The notes under the pieces were generated by a model. That model had not been told where the DNA came from, made no database searches, and saw nothing but the letters and a program-made list of their open reading frames with translations. From Escherichia coli (GTDB taxonomy: Bacteria; Pseudomonadota; Gammaproteobacteria; Enterobacterales; Enterobacteriaceae): a stretch of DNA of 64,000 bases. The stretch's first letter is position 1. Each line of letters begins with the position of its first letter. A program made the translations under genes and the position numbers. The stretch is taken from NCBI GenBank assembly GCA_009729775.1, contig GCA_009729775.1_4081.1; one strand, written 5' to 3'. This document shows, in pieces, positions 28,075-36,093 of the stretch.

Positions 28075-28263
28075 TCAAAAACCTTTCTGAGCTACTAGTT
28101 CACGGTACTGTGCACGAGTTAGTACACCTTGCTTGCGTAGAGCTTGTAGACCGGATAGGGTTTCACTCTTACGTTGTTCGTACATACGTTGTTCTTTGGA
28201 TTGAATAACTTTCTCTTTCTTAACTTTTGCTACTGGTTCTTGTTTCTTAGGTTGTTTAGCCAT
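28075..28263 (-). CDS. small basic protein with SHOCT-like C-terminal motif (62 aa)
   Basis: AAGGAG RBS; MAKQPKKQEPVAKVKKEK... then LSGLQALRKQGVLTRAQYRELVAQ; own promoter/operator upstream; GC ~40%. Confidence 0.55.
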   Translation of the reverse strand: MAKQPKKQEPVAKVKKEKVIQSKEQRMYEQRKSETLSGLQALRKQGVLTRAQYRELVAQKGF

Positions 28264-28294
28264 TTTATATCTCCTTCTGTATTATGATAACAAC

Positions 28295-28326
28295 ATTATA
28301 TCATGTATGGGACATAATGTCCCATA
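28295..28326 (-). promoter_or_regulatory. extended -10 promoter (TGaTATAAT) overlapped upstream by a 21-bp palindrome TATGGGACA-N3-TGTCCCATA (candidate operator)
   Basis: plus attatatca 28295-28303; palindrome 28306-28326; RBS and ATG of 28075..28263 follow. Confidence 0.5.
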
Positions 28327-28331
28327 CAATA

Positions 28332-29771
28332 TTACATATTTTCTTCAGCAAATTCAGCCAGTGGTGAACGAACAACACCTTCTAGTTCGATGACACGACA
28401 ACCTGCCCAGTCTTTAAACTTCTCAGTTACATATGTCAAACCACTGTTAACAGGACTAATAAACTTACTGTCAATCTGACTCAAGTTACCCATAATTACT
28501 ACTTTACAGTTTAACCCTGCTCGTGTCAAGATGGTTTTTGCTTGTGCAGGTGTAATGTTTTGGAATTCATCAACTACTAGAATAGTGTTGGTGAATGAAC
28601 GTCCACGTACAAAGTTTAGTGCTTTAAATTGAATAACATTACGTTTCATAATCTCTTCAATACTACCTTGTGGATTGGCATCATCTTTATGAAGAAACTC
28701 TAACGCATCAATCGCGGCTCCACAGAATGGAATCACTTTTTCTGCTTCTGAACCTGGCAAGAAACCAATATCTTCAAACTGTGAGTCTTGAGTTTTAGAG
28801 AAGATGATTCGGTCGTATTTACGTTTTTCCAGTACTAATTCTAATGCAGTAGCAATTGTAATTAGTGTTTTACCAGTACCAGCAGAACCTAGCAGTACTG
28901 TTAGATGTACATCAGGATCGAGAATACTGTTGATGGCGAGTGCTTGTTGGATATTCTTTGCTTTAATATCCCATACTTTAGCACGTAAAGCCACTGATTG
29001 TCCAATGTCTTGGAATACCAAAATATCTTCTGGTGTTAGTGTTCCATCATCTTCCTCAATTGCTGATTGTCCTTCGTACACAAATAATACGTCAGCATCA
29101 TCATATAGATAATCACCGATGCATAGATTTTGTGGAAGCAGATGTTCAATCAAGCTTTTAGAAATGTAATGATACAAACGACGACCAACTTGTTCGGATT
29201 GAATATTAGTATTGGTTAAGTTGCTGTATACTTCCCAAAAATTGATTTCCAGATGGTGTTGACCAATGTGAATCAAATCACTATCACCAATAACAATATC
29301 ATGGCGATAATCTTGTACCTCGACACCATAACTTAGTGCTTTGATACGCATGTTGATATCACGAGTTACCAGTACTGATTCTGTTGCTAAAGCTACCAGA
29401 ATGATTTTATCATCAGGTACAGTACTTTTGAGAAGGGTTTGAACTTTCTCTTCTGTACCTTTAGTACGAATTAGTGCCTCAGCTTCTTCGTTTGTAATAA
29501 CAAACAATTTGCTATCAGGATTCATATTGGTATGAACATCAGCAATATTAACACCAGTACTACTAATCTCGTCATGTGATGCATCTGCAATAATTGCTTC
29601 AATGTTACGAATAGCAACACGAGCATCGCGTGAAACATCTACATTACGACTCTTAATCGAATCTAATTCTTCCAGTACTGTAAATGGTAGAATGATTGCA
29701 GCACCATCAAAAGCAATAGATGCATTAGGGTCAGATAGTAGTACGTTTGTGTCAATTGTATATTTTTTCAT
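28332..29771 (-). CDS. phoH: PhoH2-type protein: N-terminal PIN domain fused to PhoH-like ATPase (479 aa)
   Basis: PIN signature (YTIDTNVLL, ILPFTVLEELD); Walker A VLLGSAGTGKT and PhoH-like C-terminal half. Confidence 0.85.
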   Translation of the reverse strand: MKKYTIDTNVLLSDPNASIAFDGAAIILPFTVLEELDSIKSRNVDVSRDARVAIRNIEAIIADASHDEISSTGVNIADVHTNMNPDSKLFVITNEEAEALIRTKGTEEKVQTLLKSTVPDDKIILVALATESVLVTRDINMRIKALSYGVEVQDYRHDIVIGDSDLIHIGQHHLEINFWEVYSNLTNTNIQSEQVGRRLYHYISKSLIEHLLPQNLCIGDYLYDDADVLFVYEGQSAIEEDDGTLTPEDILVFQDIGQSVALRAKVWDIKAKNIQQALAINSILDPDVHLTVLLGSAGTGKTLITIATALELVLEKRKYDRIIFSKTQDSQFEDIGFLPGSEAEKVIPFCGAAIDALEFLHKDDANPQGSIEEIMKRNVIQFKALNFVRGRSFTNTILVVDEFQNITPAQAKTILTRAGLNCKVVIMGNLSQIDSKFISPVNSGLTYVTEKFKDWAGCRVIELEGVVRSPLAEFAEENM

Positions 29772-29831
29772 AAAACATCCTTGAGTTATGAGTACATCCT
29801 TGTACTCGACTAATGTTATTGACTCGGATTA

Positions 29832-30134
29832 TTACATATTTGGTTCGTATTCAACATAGCAACGTGAACCTCGAACCTTTTCTTCCCAGCACTCCTGGTA
29901 AACAAGTTGACCAATTGAAACTGGTTCTCTTGATAGTCCATTACGTACTTCACCACTTTGGGTTTTATACATGAATGAACATTTGGACTCGCTACATTGT
30001 CCTAAACTAACAACTTCTGCGGTATTGTAGTGAATGTTGGTACGCTTAGTGTTCTCGTGATACTGTCCGAACCAAAGAACTCCTGCACCTAACAGAACAG
30101 TACAAATAAGACTTTTGATGTGTGTTTGAATCAT
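29832..30134 (-). CDS. small secreted or membrane-anchored Cys-containing protein (100 aa)
   Basis: N-terminal hydrophobic segment LICTVLLGAGVLWF; five Cys. Confidence 0.5.
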   Translation of the reverse strand: MIQTHIKSLICTVLLGAGVLWFGQYHENTKRTNIHYNTAEVVSLGQCSESKCSFMYKTQSGEVRNGLSREPVSIGQLVYQECWEEKVRGSRCYVEYEPNM

Positions 30135-30451
30135 AATGCGTTAAATCCATTGTTTAAGTATGTTTCAATATTAATTTTACCAACAGGATTACTACTGTGA
30201 ACAAAGTACTCAAACGGTTCTTTAATATTATTATCAAACATATAATCAATAAGAAACTTAGCAAAAGAATATCCAGTCTTTTCGTCTTCGCTCACATCAC
30301 CCAAGTCATGGTCGAATGATACAAATGCTGGAATTCCATTTTCAATAACATATTCACATGCACTTTTAAAGTCACGACATACCACCATATCTTGGTTTGG
30401 ATAATATAGATTTGCATCACGAATATCATCCAAAAACATTGCGTAAGACAT
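30131..30451 (-). CDS. hypothetical protein (106 aa)
   Basis: ORF track; ATGA overlap. Confidence 0.55.
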   Translation of the reverse strand: MSYAMFLDDIRDANLYYPNQDMVVCRDFKSACEYVIENGIPAFVSFDHDLGDVSEDEKTGYSFAKFLIDYMFDNNIKEPFEYFVHSSNPVGKINIETYLNNGFNAL

Positions 30452-30460
30452 GTTAAACTC

Positions 30461-31012
30461 CTATAGATAACTAATTAGTAAGTTTTCTTTTTGAATCAGA
30501 TACTCCAATTCTTGTTTTGCTGTACCGATGAAGTTCTGTGTCATAAGATTATTATATCCCGCTTCTCGATTTTGTCCCTTAGAATAACGAGAAATATGAC
30601 ATAAATTTACACCAGCAACTTCAGCACTCGCATGTTTAGCATTAGTGTATCCATCTCTAATGTGTTTCAACTCGTCATAGCTTACTTCATAGCTAAAACT
30701 ATGACTGTTTGCACCTGGGTAAATTTCAAAAGTTTTGAGTGGTCGAAGATGGGAAACAAAAATATTGTAATCCATTTCTTCTTGAACTTCACGACGCAAC
30801 GCATCTTCTAGTGAGATATCAGTACTTTCAACTGTTCCACCACATCCTCCTAGAAGTCCATCCCAACGTAATTGTAGTAATACCAGATTTACTTCTGGTA
30901 TATCATTTAACTCATAGTTTTTGTAAGGGTTGCATTTTCTTGCAAAGAAATAGCAAAATACAAAATTTGCACGTGAGCCATATTCACCAAAGGGAACTTC
31001 TTTAACACTCAT
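30461..31012 (-). CDS. Nudix-family hydrolase (183 aa)
   Basis: Nudix-box-like GGCGGTVESTDISLEDALRREVQEEMD (REVQEE core; spacing slightly atypical); start overlaps Sir2-like stop (ATGA). Confidence 0.6.
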   Translation of the reverse strand: MSVKEVPFGEYGSRANFVFCYFFARKCNPYKNYELNDIPEVNLVLLQLRWDGLLGGCGGTVESTDISLEDALRREVQEEMDYNIFVSHLRPLKTFEIYPGANSHSFSYEVSYDELKHIRDGYTNAKHASAEVAGVNLCHISRYSKGQNREAGYNNLMTQNFIGTAKQELEYLIQKENLLISYL

Positions 31013-31767
31013 TTCATACGTTCCTTAATTATAGTCTCTAGATGTGGTATTGCTTTGGTTGCTGGCTTGATAACTTTTTCATTAAACAAAAAATCATTAT
31101 CATTTTTACGAATGTTAACATTAACACTATAACATGGTAATGCTGCTGCTAATCTCGACCATACCAGTACTGTATCGCTACTACCAATTACAATAACTGT
31201 ATCATTTTCATTAAGAGATTTCAACACATTATTTCGTTCTTCGTAAATTGGTAAGCGTATACCATCAACATAACGATGATATTCTCCAATCATTACTACA
31301 TTTGGTTTAGCAAAAACATCATGTTTTGGTATGTATGGTTCGTATCCGCAGTTAATAACATTATAATCATCAGAATTGATACTATAATTTTCAATAACTT
31401 CACACAAGTTTCCATGAAGTTTAAGCTCATGACCACCAATACGAGTATAAAGATCGTCCATGTTAGAAGTCATATGAAGGAAGCAATCACCATATTGATC
31501 TTCTAACGATTTTATAAAATAATGCATTGCATTTGGTTCGCATTGTCCCAATTTTACACGTAATGTATTATAGAAAGAATGAACAACATGATATTTTGTA
31601 GTTAAACTAGCAATGTTACATACATCATTAATTTTAAATGTATCCCACAAACCATCATCAAATCGAAAAGGTTCCATCCCACTTTCAACGGAAAGTCCTG
31701 CACCTGATATAATCAGTAATCGTTTTTTACCTTCATTGCTTATAAATTTTTCTGATATCATATTCAA
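31009..31767 (-). CDS. Sir2-family (sirtuin-like, NAD-binding) protein lacking the Zn-ribbon (252 aa)
   Basis: ISGAGLSVESGMEPFR (GAGIS..SGIP.FR), TSNMDDLY (TQNID.LH-like), LHGN, VIVIGSS; no Cys4 module. Confidence 0.8.
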   Translation of the reverse strand: MNMISEKFISNEGKKRLLIISGAGLSVESGMEPFRFDDGLWDTFKINDVCNIASLTTKYHVVHSFYNTLRVKLGQCEPNAMHYFIKSLEDQYGDCFLHMTSNMDDLYTRIGGHELKLHGNLCEVIENYSINSDDYNVINCGYEPYIPKHDVFAKPNVVMIGEYHRYVDGIRLPIYEERNNVLKSLNENDTVIVIGSSDTVLVWSRLAAALPCYSVNVNIRKNDNDFLFNEKVIKPATKAIPHLETIIKERMK

Positions 31768-31770
31768 TCC

Positions 31771-31965
31771 TTATAAAAAACCAATTAAATATATTGATAA
31801 TAACAGAATGATTCCAATATGATAGGCATACATAAAATTATTATCTTTGTGATAACCATTGGATTTCAAGTCCCTGTATAAGCATTTAGCATTGTTATAA
31901 ATTACAACAATAAAAAAAACTATAAAAAAACTCAAAACCCATTCATAAATTGTGTATGCCATCAT
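31771..31965 (-). CDS. small membrane protein (64 aa, 2 TM)
   Basis: two hydrophobic helices; between HslV-like and Sir2-like genes. Confidence 0.45.
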   Translation of the reverse strand: MMAYTIYEWVLSFFIVFFIVVIYNNAKCLYRDLKSNGYHKDNNFMYAYHIGIILLLSIYLIGFL

Positions 31966-31989
31966 CTATTCTCTTATAATTATATAATT

Positions 31990-32586
31990 TTAATACTTTA
32001 AAACATCAAACTCGGCACTTACACTAGTTACATTATCACTGACAATTTTAAAAATTGATTTGATGCGTTCATGTAGTGGCACTTTTGATTCATTTTCAAC
32101 TTCAATATATGCTTGCATTGCTGCAATAGCATGATATGTTCCGCTACCTACGGCGGTGATTCGTGTTTTCGGTTGAAGAACTGAAAAATCTTCTTGAACT
32201 TCATAAATTGTATGATTGTGAAGAATGATGAACTGTCCACCACCTACTTCTTGTGAAGGATCACGAGAACCCCATTCCTCTTTGAACATTTGACGAATAA
32301 TAGGAATAACTTTCAGTACTAAGTACTGTGGAAACGTCTCATTTGCATCTTGCTGTGGTAGATTCAAACTGTAAGTAAGAAGTTGACCCATACGGAATGA
32401 TGTGGTGTAACCAATCGCCATAATTTCTTTTGTACGGGTCAAACCAGCATCATCATTGATTTTAATGAATTCTTTCTCAAATACTTTAGGCTCAGTTTGA
32501 ACGGACTTTGTGAACCCGTTACTTCCCAGTTTGTCCCCTGCAATAAAAGAAGTTACACCATCAGTGTGTGCAATGATACATGTCAT
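31990..32586 (-). CDS. HslV/proteasome-beta-like Ntn-hydrolase peptidase (~198 aa)
   Basis: start set to ATG 32584-32586 giving N-terminus M-TCIIAHTDGVTSFIAGD (cf. HslV TTIVSVRRNGHVVIAGDG, Thr1 nucleophile after Met removal) and RITAVGSGTYHAIAAMQA (cf. HslV LIAIGSGGPYAQAAARA); comparison with HslV from memory. Confidence 0.6.
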   Translation of the reverse strand: MTCIIAHTDGVTSFIAGDKLGSNGFTKSVQTEPKVFEKEFIKINDDAGLTRTKEIMAIGYTTSFRMGQLLTYSLNLPQQDANETFPQYLVLKVIPIIRQMFKEEWGSRDPSQEVGGGQFIILHNHTIYEVQEDFSVLQPKTRITAVGSGTYHAIAAMQAYIEVENESKVPLHERIKSIFKIVSDNVTSVSAEFDVLKY

Positions 32587-32843
32587 AAAATAGCTCCAAT
32601 TGCAAATAAAGTTGTATATAAAATATAAATCAATGTACCTAATAACATTAGACACACCAAATATGATGTTGCCAGAACATAATAAATTATTGCTTCAAAC
32701 TTTGAATTGAACTTCATTGTTGTGTTATCAATAAAGCCATTTTTGTAATCTTTGTAAATGAAAACTGTTAGGAAAAGTACAGTAATATACATCACTACTG
32801 TAGCATAAAAAATAATAGATGTCAAATTTTGGATGTTTGTCAT
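32583..32843 (-). CDS. small membrane protein (86 aa, ~3 TM)
   Basis: hydrophobic helices; stop overlaps the HslV-like start (ATGA). Confidence 0.5.
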   Translation of the reverse strand: MTNIQNLTSIIFYATVVMYITVLFLTVFIYKDYKNGFIDNTTMKFNSKFEAIIYYVLATSYLVCLMLLGTLIYILYTTLFAIGAIL

Positions 32844-32913
32844 AGTTATATAATCTCAATATAATTAATAACAAAGGAAGTACATCATAATCATCCTGTT
32901 ATTTTAATTATTT

Positions 32914-33522
32914 TTATTGTTTGACTGAACCGTAAAAAACCAGTTCTGGTTTTGTTAATATTACAACATCTTCACCACGCGAACGGCTAACTTTATATAG
33001 AACGTCTGGTGGAATTCCATTTGCAGAATATAGTGTAAATAGAAAACCTACTTTAGTTGCCATTTCTTCAGTAAAAGTTGATAGCTGCCTAACTGATACA
33101 AAAGAATTATCACCGTCTTTAACATTACTTTTAATAGAAATGTTATGAAGTCCCAGTACTGAGCGATTTATCATGTATCGCTTTTCAAAAGCTACACTGA
33201 AGAATACCACAGTACATGCTGAGTTGCAATACCTAGAAACAATTAAATTTATACCATTGTCTCTAACGAAGTTTGCCATTTTAATCCCAGCATCAAAATC
33301 ACCACCTGGCGATGTGATGGTAATGGTATCATAGTGTTCTTTATCATACAACTCCATCATACGCTTTAGTGACCCATCCGTAATATCTGAGATGAAATAT
33401 ACATTACGTGTTTCAGGATTGTACTTTATCACATTTTTACTTTCAACACCAGCACTGGCTGGAAAATTTATCAACATCAGAAGCATTACTGCTTGTACTA
33501 CCTCAAGCCATAGTCTTTTCAT
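32914..33522 (-). CDS. secreted ClpP/S49-fold serine peptidase-like protein (202 aa)
   Basis: signal peptide MKRLWLEVVQAVMLLMLINFPASAG; core ITSPGGDFDAGIKMANFV...CNSACTVVF...VLGLHNIS resembles the ClpP/SppA/NfeD pattern. Confidence 0.55.
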   Translation of the reverse strand: MKRLWLEVVQAVMLLMLINFPASAGVESKNVIKYNPETRNVYFISDITDGSLKRMMELYDKEHYDTITITSPGGDFDAGIKMANFVRDNGINLIVSRYCNSACTVVFFSVAFEKRYMINRSVLGLHNISIKSNVKDGDNSFVSVRQLSTFTEEMATKVGFLFTLYSANGIPPDVLYKVSRSRGEDVVILTKPELVFYGSVKQ

Positions 33523-33555
33523 AACAAATCCTTAATTTTGGTTAGGAAGATATAA

Positions 33556-33585
33556 ATAATATAGTACTTAAACACTTAAGTCAAA
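33556..33585 (-). promoter_or_regulatory. sigma70-like promoter TTGACT-17-TATTAT for the 33.5-28.0 kb operon
   Basis: minus-strand TTGACT (plus 33579-33584) and TATTAT (plus 33556-33561); AAGGA RBS before ATG 33520-33522. Confidence 0.4.
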
Positions 33586-33703
33586 CTTTTTCTGTACTTA
33601 ACTCAAATTTCCCTCATCTGATAATCCCCTTAGTACAATCACTGTGAAGATTCTATCACAAACCCATACCAAATGTAAAGCTTTTTTATAAGGAGTGCCC
33701 TTA

Positions 33704-33835
33704 ATGGGGGAACCAATCGCAGGACAAGACCAATTTCCATTCACTTTAGGTGGATATTTAGTTGACGGTGTAAATATAAAAGGTACAACAATCTGTAAAA
33801 GTAGTTGTTTATTAATAAGAGGAAATAAAATATGA
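33704..33835 (+). CDS. small upstream ORF (43 aa) translationally coupled to 33832..34209, not in ORF track
   Basis: AAGGAG RBS 8 nt before ATG 33704; stop TGA overlaps the downstream ATG (ATGA). Confidence 0.4.
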   Translation: MGEPIAGQDQFPFTLGGYLVDGVNIKGTTICKSSCLLIRGNKI

Positions 33836-34209
33836 AAGCTATAGCAGCACAAGGTAAATTACCATTCAATATCGGCGGCTTTTGTGTAACCGCCGCTAAT
33901 ATAAACGGTGAATTGAAATATAACTTGAACATCTTTAATCAACGTTCTAGTTGTGTTTACGATCTTATCGACACTGATTTTAATGTTTATCGTTTTGTAA
34001 CTATAACAAGTTTTGATAAAGATAAAATCAGATTAGATGCAACTAAAACTGCACTAGAGATTGCACCAACTTTAGCAAAAAATACTTTTTGTATTAAGAT
34101 TGATGATAGTGCATTTGCCGAATCATTCCAGTTTCATAAAATTAAATTGAGTACTGGAGAAATGAAATATCACCCTTGGGATTTGTATTATTGTAACATC
34201 CCTGGTTAA
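33832..34209 (+). CDS. hypothetical protein (125 aa); the only clear plus-strand gene
   Basis: GAGGAAA RBS; bounded by a bidirectional terminator. Confidence 0.6.
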   Translation: MKAIAAQGKLPFNIGGFCVTAANINGELKYNLNIFNQRSSCVYDLIDTDFNVYRFVTITSFDKDKIRLDATKTALEIAPTLAKNTFCIKIDDSAFAESFQFHKIKLSTGEMKYHPWDLYYCNIPG

Positions 34210-34210
34210 C

Positions 34211-34240
34211 AAAAAAGGAGCCTTCTGGCTCCTTTTTTTA
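34211..34240. terminator. bidirectional intrinsic terminator (AGGAGCC/GGCTCCT flanked by A6 and U7)
   Basis: perfect 7-bp stem with 4-nt loop between convergent genes. Confidence 0.55.
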
Positions 34241-34492
34241 TTCTACAGTATTAAGCTTCTGACAAATCATGTCAGCTTCTACTCGGTCTTTATAATAAAT
34301 GGTAAATCCAAATCTACTTGTTACCCTTTTCTCACTACGGTGTATACAGTTTACAATATAGTACTTATTATTTTGTGCAGAAAAACGCACTTCATAGTTT
34401 CGTTGAGAAATGTCATTATCATCAATAACAAACATTACTGTTATAAAAAATAATACTAATATTGATAGTAATCCAACAATCATAAATGTCAT
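34238..34492 (-). CDS. small membrane protein (84 aa)
   Basis: N-terminal TM helix IVGLLSILVLFFITVMFVI. Confidence 0.55.
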   Translation of the reverse strand: MTFMIVGLLSILVLFFITVMFVIDDNDISQRNYEVRFSAQNNKYYIVNCIHRSEKRVTSRFGFTIYYKDRVEADMICQKLNTVE

Positions 34493-34980
34493 TGATTCAT
34501 ACCCTTGTCATAAATGCAGTTAACAATAATCCCAGCATCTTCCAGTACTTTAATCGCTTCAGGTGGTGTTCGTGGATAACTTTTGTGATAAATTACACGG
34601 GTAATCCCACTACCTGCGATTAACTTAGAACAAGTATAGCATGGTTGTAGAGTTGTGTAAAGAGTTGCTCCTTGGCGTTCAGTAGGAGAACTATACAGTA
34701 AAGCGTTCATCTCTGCATGGATCTCATGAATATTACTCCACTCATGATGTTCATGTTTTGCTGCATCATCAACCCAGTCTTGAAAACGACCATCGTTCAC
34801 TAAATGTTGATTTACATCACAACAGTTTGGCTGCTTAGATGGCGTTCCATTGTATCCAGTACTCAATACTCTATTATTTTTAACAATAACACAACCAACT
34901 TTTTGTGAAATACATTTACTTTCCTCAGCAACTACTTCTGCTATCTTCAACCAAGTCGTATGTTTCATTATAAGCTCCAA
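34489..34980 (-). CDS. cd: deoxycytidylate (dCMP) deaminase
   Basis: HAEMNALL ... PCYTCSKLIAGSGI zinc signature; 163 aa. Confidence 0.8.
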   Translation of the reverse strand: MELIMKHTTWLKIAEVVAEESKCISQKVGCVIVKNNRVLSTGYNGTPSKQPNCCDVNQHLVNDGRFQDWVDDAAKHEHHEWSNIHEIHAEMNALLYSSPTERQGATLYTTLQPCYTCSKLIAGSGITRVIYHKSYPRTPPEAIKVLEDAGIIVNCIYDKGMNQ

Positions 34981-35449
34981 TACTTAACAATGCGTTTTTA
35001 CACAAATCATGAATTTTCATAACTCGAATATAGTTTAACACATCTGTTTCATTAATTTCAAATGGTTTATCTGCATATGTAGACCATGTTTGATTTAATT
35101 CAATCACAAATGTAATTTTGTCTGTATCCATAATATTATCACAAAATCTACGAAAATCTTGCTCTTCATCGGAAAGTCTGAAATTTAAATCATTTTTTAA
35201 ACCATTAACAGTGAAGCAAATACCAGTACTGTAACCGATGCAAATATCTTCAATATCATATAATCCATAAATTAATTTAGAGATAAAAGTGCTATATTTG
35301 TTTCTATGATAATAGTTTAATATTTCTTGTTTAATATTAATTTCAATATCAGTAGTTTTTTGTAATGTAAGTTTAATTAATTCTAATGTCTTGATTATGT
35401 TATCTAACCAGATATTAGTATCATCTATACTTAGGTGTGTGTATTTCAT
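34925..35449 (-). CDS. hypothetical protein (174 aa)
   Basis: ORF track. Confidence 0.55.
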   Translation of the reverse strand: MKYTHLSIDDTNIWLDNIIKTLELIKLTLQKTTDIEINIKQEILNYYHRNKYSTFISKLIYGLYDIEDICIGYSTGICFTVNGLKNDLNFRLSDEEQDFRRFCDNIMDTDKITFVIELNQTWSTYADKPFEINETDVLNYIRVMKIHDLCKNALLSIGAYNETYDLVEDSRSSC

Positions 35450-35975
35450 TATGTCCCTCTAGATTCCAATCATCAACGAGTTTAGAACAAACTTCCATAT
35501 GATTATAGTACTTTTCATTCAATACATAAGGTTTATTATGATATTGACGTACATCAGTGAATATATCATAATTTCTATATATGAATGACATATTTTTGTG
35601 CATGAATTCTATAGTTTTCCAAATCTTTTCTATATCATATAAAATTGTTTTTAATGATAAACCTGTAAGCTTTGAAATTCTTTCAACTTTAAAACCGGAT
35701 AATATCATAGTATTATTGTGTTTAGTCAAATAACTATATCCAATTGAACTATGTATCATTTCTACACTATCAACTTGTGTTATTGTTTTTAAAAATGACT
35801 TTAAATTTCTATTAAACCAATACCACTTTTTGTTTTTATTATAACATGAATACCATTTCTTCAATATATCAATTGCTTCAGAATTAATTTTCAAAGCAAA
35901 CTCATCAATTAAAAACATATGATGATAAAAAATATCACTTTGTTCTTCAGTTAAATTATATTGCTGCATATTCAC
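35421..35975 (-). CDS. hypothetical protein (184 aa)
   Basis: ORF track. Confidence 0.55.
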   Translation of the reverse strand: MNMQQYNLTEEQSDIFYHHMFLIDEFALKINSEAIDILKKWYSCYNKNKKWYWFNRNLKSFLKTITQVDSVEMIHSSIGYSYLTKHNNTMILSGFKVERISKLTGLSLKTILYDIEKIWKTIEFMHKNMSFIYRNYDIFTDVRQYHNKPYVLNEKYYNHMEVCSKLVDDWNLEGHNEIHTPKYR

Positions 35976-36054
35976 CTACCCTAGTAACAATGATTCCTTG
36001 GGTATTTAGCTTATATAGATCATTTTTTGATCGATGAAAATTGATATACAGCAA

Positions 36055-36082
36055 TAAAAAGAGGAATCCAGTACTGGATTCC
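36055..36082 (-). terminator. terminator-like palindrome GGAATCCAGTACTGGATTCC plus U-rich run
   Basis: 20-bp perfect palindrome downstream of stop of 36094..36540. Confidence 0.45.
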
Positions 36083-36093
36083 TATTTGTAATA

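Noticed and set aside
33551-33558. TATAAATA on the plus strand, possible T4-type late promoter
   Set aside because: The octamer is expected roughly 20 times by chance in 64 kb of this composition and is ~150 nt from the nearest plus-strand start; not reported as a feature.
33598-33932. Minus-strand ORFs 33598..33852 and 33741..33932
   Set aside because: They fall in the divergent promoter region and overlap the better-supported plus-strand uORF and gene (strong RBS, terminator).
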